From Dendrobates tinctorius (taxonomy: Eukaryota), in NCBI RefSeq assembly GCF_039654945.1, contig NW_027361810.1, positions 3,162,001 to 3,226,000 on the forward strand: a stretch of 64,000 nt of DNA, read 5' to 3'. The position numbers and the translations under genes were made by a program. Positions 54,985 to 64,000 of the stretch are shown in pieces. How positions within the stretch are numbered: position 1 is the first letter of the stretch; each line of letters begins with the position of its first letter. Below the pieces are notes generated by a model. It made no database searches. It saw nothing but the letters and a program-made list of their open reading frames with translations, and was not told where the DNA came from.

Positions 54985-55408
54985 GTGACCGGTCTGCAAA
55001 CCCTGTCTTATGAGGAAAGGTTGCAGGATTTGGGAATGTTTAGTTTGCAAAAGAGAAGACTGAGAGGAGACTTAATAGCTGTCTACAAATATCTAAAGGG
55101 CTGTCACATTGTAGAAGGATCAACTTTATTCTTATTTGCACAAGGAAAGACTAGAAGCAATGGGATGAAGCTGAATGGGAGGAGACACAGATTAGATATT
55201 AGAAAAAACTTTTTGACAGTTAGAGTGATCAATGAGTGGAACAGGCTGCCACGAGAAGTGGTGAGTTCTCCTTCAATGGAAGTCTTCAAACAGAGGCTGG
55301 ACAGACATCTGACTGGGATGATTTAGCGAATCCTGCTTTGAGCAGGGGGTTGGACCAGATGGCCCAGGAGGTCCCTTCCAACTCTACGATTCTATGATTC
55401 TATGATTC
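54985..55408 (+). mobile_element. CR1 3'-end fragment (~420 bp) in intron 1
   Basis: Matches 37084-37501 with about 5 differences by eye; open C-terminal ORF ..RLDRHLTGMI*; (attctatg) tail. Confidence 0.95.
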
Positions 55409-55424
55409 ATGAACACTTGCAACA

Positions 55425-57324
55425 GATGTGCGTTTCCAGATCTCAACTGCTGTGCGTTTCTAGACTGACAGCTGTGTGTTTCCAGATCTCAACCGCTTTG
55501 CATTTCTAGACCCCAACCGTTGTGTTTCCATATCTCAACCACTTCGCGTTTCCAGACCCCGACTATTGTGCATTTCTAGACCCTGACTATTGTGCCTTTC
55601 TAGATCCCCACCGCTGTTTCCAGACCCCCACCACTGTGCGTTTCCAGACCCCCACCACTGTGCATTTCCAGACCCCCACCACTGTGCATTTCCAGACCCC
55701 CACCACTGTGCGTTTCCAGACTCCGACTCCTGTGCATTTCTGAACCCCCACCGCTGTGCGTTTCCAGACTCCGACTCCTGTGCATTTCTAGACCTCCACC
55801 GCTGTGTGTTTCCAGACCCCCACCACTGTGCGTTTCCAGACCCCCACCACTGTGCGTTTCCAGACCCTCACCGCTGTGCATTTCCAGACCCCACCACTGT
55901 GCGTTTCCAGACTCCGACTCCTGTGCATTTCTAGACCCCACCACTGTGCATTTCCAGACCCCCACCACTGTGCGTTTCCAGACCCCAACCACTGTGCATT
56001 TCCAGACCCCCACCACTGTGCGTTTCCAGACCCTCACCACTGTGCGTTTCCAGACCCTCACCACTGTGCATTTCCAGACCCCCACCACTGTGCGTTTCCA
56101 GACTCCGACTCCTGTGCATTTCTAGACCCCCACCGCTGTGCGTTTCCAGACTCCGACTCCTGTGCATTTCTAGACCCCCACCAATGTGCGTTTCCAGACC
56201 CCGACTCCTGTGCGTTTCCAGACCCTCACCACTGTGCATTTCCAGACCCTCACCACTGTGCGTTTCCAGACTCCGACTCCTGTGCATTTCTAGACCCCCA
56301 CCGCTGTGCGTTTCCAGACTCCGACTCCTGTGCGTTTCTAGACCCCCACCACTGTGCATTTCCAGACCCCCACCGCTTTGTTTCCAGACCCCGACTCCTG
56401 TGCGTTTCTAGACCCCAACCGCTGTGTGTTTCCAGACCCCGACTGTTGTGCGTTTGTAGACCCCGACTATTGTGCGTTTCTAGACCCCCACTGCTGTGCC
56501 TTTCCAGACCCCGACTCCTGTGCGTTTCTAGACCCTGACCATTGTGCGTTTCTAGACCCCTTCAATGTGCGTTTCTAGACCCCTTCAATGTGCGTTTCTA
56601 GATCCCGACCATTGTGCGTTTCCAGACCCTAACCGCTGTGCGTTTCCAGGCCCCGACTCCTGTGCATTTCTAGACCCCACTGCTGTGCGTTTCCAGACCC
56701 CGACTCCTGTGCGTTTCTAGACCCCCACTGCTGTGCGTTTCCAGAACCCGACTCCTGTGCATTTCTAGACCCCCACTGCTGTGCGTTTCTAGACCCCGAC
56801 TATTGTGCGTTTCTAGACCCCCACTGCTGTGCGTTTCTAGACCCCGACCATTGTGCGTTTCTTGACCCCGACTCCTGTGCATTTCTAGACTCCCACTCCT
56901 GTGCATTTCTAGACCCCCACTGCTGTGCGTTTCTAGACCCCACTCCTGTGCGTTTCCAGACCCGACTCCTGTGTGTTTCTAGACCCCCACTGCTGTGCGT
57001 TTCCAGACCCCCACTGCTGTGCGTTTCCAGACCCCGACTATTGTGCGTTTCTAGACCCCCACTGCTGTGCGTTTCCAGACCCCGACTCCTGTGCGTTTCT
57101 AGACCCCGACTATTGTGCGTTTCTAGACCCCCACTGCTGTGCGTTTCCAGACTCCGACCATTGTGCGTTTCCAGACCCCGACTCCTGTGCATTTCTAGAC
57201 CCCACACTGCTGTACATTTCTAGACCCCCACTCCTGTGCGTTTCTAGACCCCGACCATTGTGTGTTTCCAGCCCCCGACCGCTGTGCGTTTCTAGACCCC
57301 TCCGATGTGTGTTTCCAGACCCCG
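55425..57324. repeat. 24-bp minisatellite (ctgtgcgtttccagacccccacca)n
   Basis: About 75-80 copies with ccacca/ccgact variants. Confidence 0.95.
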
Positions 57325-57714
57325 CTTACCTGCGCAGTATTCTCCTACAACATTTGTGTTATTCCCTTTGAAACTTCAATATTTTTGCACTTTAAAAAAG
57401 GATGAATCAAATCTTCACTGAAAAGTGTTAATAAATAAAACCGCAGATGTTTGCAGAAAACCGTGAGGGAAAAAAACGCATATTCGCTCGTGGAGACTTT
57501 CTGCAGTCGGTTTTGTTCATGGGAGCGTCGCTGTTATTTGCCGCACGTTTCACTTGTCTCCACTTCTAGTGACTTTGCGAGTTTTGTAAAAGTTCTAATT
57601 CCTAAATGCGTCCCCCCCCGGCCTCTCTCCACAGCTCACCGGCCACATTACATCTTGCTCCATACATCCTACCTCTACCCCGCCCATGCCTTCTCCTCCC
57701 CGGCGGGCACTTAC

Positions 57715-57763
57715 GTTGGGACCGCAGGCATCCGCTCCTCGCAGCGTCTCCGGGGCCGCACTG
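57715..57763 (-). other. Probable non-coding exon 1 of the fibrinogen-domain gene
   Basis: Donor AAC|GTAAGT at 57715/57714, ~75 nt downstream of a TATA box; the ATG exon starts with an acceptor, so an upstream exon is needed. Alternative donor CAG|GTAAGC at 57330. 5' end approximate. Confidence 0.55.
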
Positions 57764-57787
57764 CGCTCATATTAAACGCCTGGAATA

Positions 57788-57794
57788 TTTTATA
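57788..57794 (-). promoter_or_regulatory. TATA box (TATAAAA) of the minus-strand fibrinogen-domain gene
   Basis: cc-TATAAAA-tattcc on the minus strand, correctly spaced above the candidate exon 1. Confidence 0.55.
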
Positions 57795-59483
57795 GGTCTG
57801 TAAAATTTGGAGGAAGATCCCGGCGATGTTTGTGAGCAGAGTTTATGATAACTTTATATTTCATTTATCCCGGGCGACCAGCTGGCATCATAAAGCGGGC
57901 ACCGGCCATAAAGGACGCGGCTTCCTCCTCTGTCGGCTCATCAGGAGAACTAGTTAACCTTTTCAGATCTGTCCAAAATAAGGGGAAGGCGAGCCGTATA
58001 GAGGCCAGTGACTGTTCAAGCCCCAGAAATCCTGAAATATTTGCACCCCTGGAATCTTCTAAGAAAATGATATAATCAGCAACGCAGAACGTGTGCCCCC
58101 ATCCCCCACAACACAGGCAGACCACCCATTGGTGCAATCTGTGCAGCCACACAGGGGCCCGAAGGGTAAAGGGGCCACTATCCTCTCCAATGCAGGAGCG
58201 TTTGTGCTTTGAGGAGCAGCAGAGGGGCCCATATAATATTCTGCAGAGGGGCTCTCCTGTCTGTGTGGCCCCTGGTGCCAGGCGTGGGGCCCCTCTACCA
58301 GCAGGGTGTATGCACGGTACATTACACTGGTGGGCCGTAGATTAGCTCTGTAGTCCTCCCCGGTGTGGAATAATACTGGGGCTCCGCAGGGGCTGAAGGT
58401 GCCGGATATTCCTCTGCAGGGGGCAGGTAATGGCCGCCCAGTAACTACGTCGATTCTTATCTCACTGGGACAATTATTTTCGGGTTTTTCCCATCTGCAG
58501 ATGGATATCATGGGATAATGAGACTTACTGCTTGTTAACATTTTCAGCCATTCTTCAGATATTTCCACTTTTCTTTTGTTTGCAGCTCGTCGTCTTGGAG
58601 ACAGACCACTGCTGCTGGAGAGCAGAACATGCGCAGTGCTTGCAAGATTTTTTTTTTGTAGCTTGTAAGTGCTGTTATGAAGCTAGCCAGGATCACAGGA
58701 GCGCCCTGCTACATCCTAATCCAAGCAGTGCTTACAAGCTGGACAGCAGTGGTGGTCGGTCTCCTAGGCAACAAGCTGTAAACAACAGAAAGGTGTTAAT
58801 ATGTCAAGGACGACTGCAAATTTTAACGAGTGGTAAATTGCAAAGGCGGGAATAACTCCATTATTACAGAAAGTAGCAGCATATTTTATTAATGATAAGA
58901 CACCAGGGGCAGAGCTGAGGGTTTGGCACAGGGTAGCGGGGGTCAAACACATCTAGGTGGGCTCCACCTGACTGCGCAGAGAATATGCCCCATCCCTAAT
59001 GGGTACAGTGCCCCCTCAGCCGATAACTGACTAGAAACACTATACAAGGACCGTATCACCACCATATGGTGACCGTGTTGTGGTAGACCCCAGTCCCGCA
59101 GCCCCTATAGAGGATGACAGTCCGGATACGTACACTGACAGGACTTTGTGATGGAGTGTTGGACTTTTCCTGTGTGGCCCAGACCACCACGATGACTTCT
59201 TCCAGCTGTTTCACTACACAGACACATTTATCAATTCCAGCACTGTGCCCACCTATTACTGCCCCCCGCTGTGTGGCCCCTGTGCAACCCATAAATGACC
59301 CCAAAATGTCCCAAAGATCTAGGTGTGTCCATTGTGTAAGTTGCCAGTGGGCTCCACTATACGAAACCGGTCCGAGATTAATCCCGCCATATTGGGCATT
59401 ACTTGTTGCTTTTGCGCTTAACTGTGAAGTCTGTGAGCCAAACCTCCGACTCCTCAATTTCCGCTGCACGATTCCGACTCCAC

Positions 59484-62276
59484 TGCCCCGGTCACTACTG
59501 TACTGACATGTACATGAAGTGCAGCTCTGGGGTATAATACTGCACAGCCCCGGTCACTACTAACATGGATATAAAGTGCAGCTCTGGGGTATAATACTGC
59601 ACAGCCCCGGTCACCACTGACATGGACATAAAGTGCAGCTCTGGGGTATAATACTGCACAGCCCCGGTCACTACTGACATGTACATGAAGTGCAGCTCTG
59701 GGGTATAATACTCCACAGCCCCGGTCACCACAGACATGTACATGACGTGCAGCTCTGGGGTATAATACTGCACAGCCCCGGTCACTACTGTACTGACATG
59801 TACATGAAGTGCAGCTCTGGGGTATAATACTGCACAGCCCTGGTCACCACTGACATGGATATAAAGTGCAGCTCTGGGGTATAATACTGCACAGCCCCGG
59901 TCACCACTGACATGTACATGAAGTGCAGCTCTGGGGTATAATACTCCACAGCCCCGGTCACCACAGACATGTACATGACGTGCAGCTCTGGGGTATAATA
60001 CTGCACAGCCCCGGTCACTACTGTACTGACATGTACATGAAGTGCAGCTCTGGGGTATAATACTGCACAGCCCTGGTCACCACTGACATGGATATAAAGT
60101 GCAGCTCTGGGGTATAATACTGCACAGCCCCGGTCACTACTGACATGGATATAAAGTGCAGCTCTGGGGTATAATACTGCACAGCCCCGGTCACCACTGA
60201 CATGGATATAAAGTACAGCTCTGGGGTATAATACTGCACAACCCCGGTCACCACTGACATGGACATAAAGTGCAGCTCTGGGGTATAATACTGCACAGCC
60301 CCGGTCACCACTGACATGGATATAAACTGCAGCTCTGGGGTATAATACTGCACAGCCCCGGTCACCACTGACATGGACATAAAGTGCAGCTCTGGGGTAT
60401 AATACTGCACAGCCCCGGTCACCACTGACATGGATATAAAATGCAGCTCTGGGGTATAATACTGCACAGCCCCGGTCACTACTGTACTGACATGTACATG
60501 AAGTGCAGCTCTGGGGTATAATACTGCACAGCCCCGGTCACCACTGACATGGATATAAAGTGCAGCTCTGGGGTATAATACTGCACAGCCCCGGTCACTA
60601 CTGACATGGATATAAAGTGCAGCTCTGGGGTATAATACTGCACAGCCCCGGTCACCACTGACATGGATATAAACTGCAGCTCTGGGGTATAATACTGCAC
60701 AGCCCCGGTCACCACTGACATGGATATAAAGTGCAGCTCTGGGGTATAATACTGCACAGCCCCGGTCACTACTGACACGGACATAAAGTGCAGCTCTGGG
60801 GTAAAATACTGCTCAGCCCCGGTCACCACTGACACAGACATAAAGTGCAACTCTGGGTATAATACTGCACAGCCCCGGTCACTACTGACATGGACATAAA
60901 GTGCAGCTCTGGAGTATAATACTGCACAGCCCCAGTCACTACTAACATGGACATAAAGTGCAGCTCTGGAGTATAATACTGCACAGCCCCGGTCACGACT
61001 AACATGGATATAAAGTGCAGCTCTGGGGTATAATACTGCACAGCCCCGGTCACCACTGACATGGACATAAAGTGCAGCTCTGGGGTATAATACTGCACAG
61101 CCCCGGTCACCACTGACATGGATATAAAGTGCAGCTCTGGAGTATAATACTGCACAGCCCCAGTCACTACTAACATGGACATAAAGTGCAGCTCTGGAGT
61201 ATAATACTGCACAGCCCCGGTCACTACTGGCACGGACATAAAGTGCAGCTCTGGAGTTTAATACTGCACAGCTCTGGTCACCACTGACACGGATATAAAG
61301 TGCAGCTCTGGGGTATAATACTGCACAGCCCCGGTCACTACTGACACGGACATAAAGTGCAGCTCTGGGGTATAATACTGCACAGCCCCGGTCACCACTG
61401 ACACGGACATAAAGTGCAGCTCTGGAGTATAATACTGCACAGCCCCAGTCACTACTAACATGGACCTAAAGTGCAGCTCTGGAGTATAATACTGCACAGC
61501 CCCAGTCACTACTAACATGGACATAAAGTGCAGCTCTGGAGTATAATACTGCACAGCCCCGGTCACTACTGGCACGGACATAAAGTGCAGCTCTGGGGTA
61601 TAATACTGCACAGCCCCGGTCACTACTGACACGGACATAAAGTGCAGCTCTGGGGTAAAATACTGCACAGCCCCGGTCACCACTGACACGGACATAAAGT
61701 GCAGCTCTGGGGTAAAATACTGCACAGCCCCGGTCACTACTGACATGGACATAAAGTGCAGCTCTGGGGTAAAATACTGCACAGCCCCAGTCACCACTGA
61801 CATGGACATAAAGTGCAGCTCTGGGGTATAATACTGCACAGCCCCGGTCACCACTGACATGGACATAAAGTGCAGCTCTGGGGTATAATACTGCACAGCC
61901 CCGATCACCACTGACATGGACATAAAGTGCAGCTCTGGGTAATACTGCACAGCCCCGGTCACCACTGACATGGACATAAAGTGCAGCTCTGGGGTATAAT
62001 ACTGCACAGCCCCGGTCACCACTGACATGGACATAAAGTGCAGCTCTGGGGTATAGTACTGCACAGCCCCGATCACCACTGACATGGACATAAAGTGCAG
62101 CTCTGGGGTATAATACTGCACAGCCCCGATCACCACTGACATGGACATAAAGTGCAGCTCTGGGGTATAATATTGCACAACCCCGGTCACCACTGACATG
62201 GACATAAAGTGCAGCTCTGGAGTATAATACTGCACAGCCCCGGTCACTACCGGCACGGACATAAAGTGCAGCTCTG
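59484..62276. repeat. 57-bp minisatellite (cactgacatggacataaagtgcagctctggggtataatactgcacagccccggtcac)n
   Basis: About 48 copies; 62-bp variants with an extra tgtac at ~59500, 59790, 60022 and 60484 mark block duplications. Confidence 0.96.
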
Positions 62277-63044
62277 CTCCAGCTATACAAAAGACTTCAG
62301 ATTTCACACTACCTGACTCCAGCAGACAATGTAGCTAAGTTCCATGTCACAGAACTAAGCTGCAGTGTAAAGTATGGGAAAGAAACAGACAAGAGTCTGA
62401 GCCTCTGATGAAACATTTTGTGCTTCCTCAAACTCTAGTAGACAGTGCAGACAAGCTGAAGTAACTGCTAAAAGCTTCCCTTGATAGAGCAGAGCTGCAG
62501 TGTAAAACATAAGGGTGGGACAGAGCTGAACTTAGGGCCCCCTGAGAATCGGATGACAGATTCTTGACTCCATACAGGTCTAATATAGAACGCAGCTTCT
62601 TTGGAGTGACTTGTCGAGACTGGAGCGGCGCTGTCGATGGAGATCGGCAGCAGATAGGGGTCAGTATTGGGGGCTGAAGAGCAGATTCTGGAGATGTGGA
62701 AGATGACTCCTCGTTTAGGGAAATACTTCATTATTCTGTAGCCCTTAGGTGTCGGCAGCAGGCGGATGAGGCCAAATGTCTCATAAATCTGTTTAATGTA
62801 GTAATAAACTTTTACCAGGTCCTCAGACAATAAATGTCCCCCCACCCGACAGGTGTCAAACACAGCGCCGACCCATCAGCCACGTCCAATCTGCGGATCC
62901 GCACGTGCTTGGTCCCGGAGCTGCCCTGGCGCCCTTACAGGGATATTTGCTCTGGAGTTACAGGACTTTTATTCCTGGTTGGGTCCCACTTCACAGCTGG
63001 AGACTCGAACATTAACCTTCATGGCCGCTCCCTCATTCACCGGA

Positions 63045-63051
63045 TATAAAA
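63045..63051 (+). promoter_or_regulatory. Candidate TATA box of the plus-strand secreted-protein gene
   Basis: ga-TATAAAA-ag, 60 nt upstream of the ATG at 63105. Confidence 0.5.
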
Positions 63052-63104
63052 AGCTTTTTTTTGTACGTGTCTGAGTGTTTGGGCCCAGATCTCCCAGTGC
63101 CAGG

Positions 63105-63279
63105 ATGCTGCCGGTAAAGCTGTGGACCTGCTGCTGCCTGATGCTGTCGGGTGTCTCCGTCTCCTGGACGGATGAGGGGAATGATCCCAATCAAAAGGCA
63201 AATCCGCTGATTGCTAATATCAAAATGATCGATGATGTGGGCACCATCATCAACTATAACGATCTACGACAGCGGAAAG
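63105..63279 (+). CDS. First coding exon of a secreted protein, probably a second fibrinogen-like protein 1-like paralog (rest beyond window)
   Basis: cagGATG context; MLPVKLWTCCCLMLSGVSVS signal-like leader, then ..NPLIANIKMIDDVGTIINYNDLRQRK; donor AAG|GTAAGA; 175 nt, phase 1, matching the 178-nt phase-1 exon of the neighbour. Confidence 0.7.
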
Positions 63280-63371
63280 GTAAGACCCCCGCACTAGGAA
63301 GAGACTGCACGAGTTTGACTGGGGAATAGTCATCCATCGGCGGTCCATCAGTCAGAGGCAGACATACTGCT

Positions 63372-64000
63372 AGGCCGGATCATCACCCCCAGGACTCCCC
63401 TAGTCCTAGTGACATTGGATGATGGGTGTTCGGGGGCCGGATCATCAACCCCAGAACTCCTCGTCCTAGTGACAGTGGATGATGGGTGTTCGGGGGTCGG
63501 ATCATCACCCCCAGGACTTCCCTAGTCCTAGTGACATCAGATGATGGGTGTTCGGGGGCCGGATCATCACCCCCAGGACTTCCCTAGTCCTAGTGACATC
63601 AGATGATGGGAGTTCGGGGGCCGGATCATCACCCCCAGGACTCCTCGTCCTAGTGACAGTGGATGATGGGTGTTCGGGGGCCGGATCATCAACCCCAGAA
63701 CTCCTCGTCCTAGTGACATTGGATGATGGGAGTTCGGGGGCCGGATCATCACCCCCAGGACTCCTCGTCCCAGTGACATCGGAAGATGGGTGTTCGGGGG
63801 CCGCATCATCACCGCCCCAGGACTCCTCGTCCTAGTGACATTGGATGATGGGTGTTCGGGGGCCGGATCATCACCCCCAGGACTCCTCATCCTAGTGACA
63901 TCAGATGATGGGAGTTCGGGGGCCGGATCATCACCCCCAGGACTCCTCATCCTAGTGACATCAGATGATGGGAGTTCGGGGCTGCAGGGGCCAGATCATC
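63372..64000. repeat. 60-bp minisatellite (ggccggatcatcacccccaggactcctcgtcctagtgacattggatgatgggtgttcggg)n
   Basis: About 10 copies, in the intron following the 63105-63279 exon. Confidence 0.93.

Noticed and set aside
55522-57371. PDPHHCAF-repeat ORFs
   Set aside because: 24-bp intronic minisatellite with frequent frameshifts; antisense to the host gene.
59495-62307. ELHFMSMSVVTGAVQYYTP-repeat ORFs
   Set aside because: 57-bp minisatellite broken by 62-bp and 1-bp-shorter variants; no splice or start context.

Overview
Eukaryotic, vertebrate-type genomic DNA, most likely from a frog (inference from the mix of Tc1 IR/DR elements, TTAA T2/Kolobok MITEs, TWA Harbinger MITEs, CR1, Helitron and many minisatellites). 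Most of the window is repeat. Host-gene content: (1) a complete three-exon minus-strand gene for a secreted 285-aa fibrinogen-domain protein (FGL1-like-protein type; CDS 54502-54325 + 50555-49876; TATA about 57790); (2) the first coding exon of a probable divergently transcribed paralog on the plus strand (63105-63279); (3) a CpG-island promoter at about 16020-16400 (two CREs, TCTCGCGAGA, X-box half-site, GTGAGT donor) that appears to drive a spliced minus-strand transcript running toward the left edge. The most striking structure is a 16-kb array of a 45-bp unit (16401-32497) that starts right at that promoter. Its canonical unit carries an RFX X-box consensus match (GTAACCATAGTAAC), and it produces >2000-codon ORFs that are probably a by-product of its composition. 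Nearly all long ORFs in the supplied track come from tandem repeats. Everything was read by eye; no searches were run.
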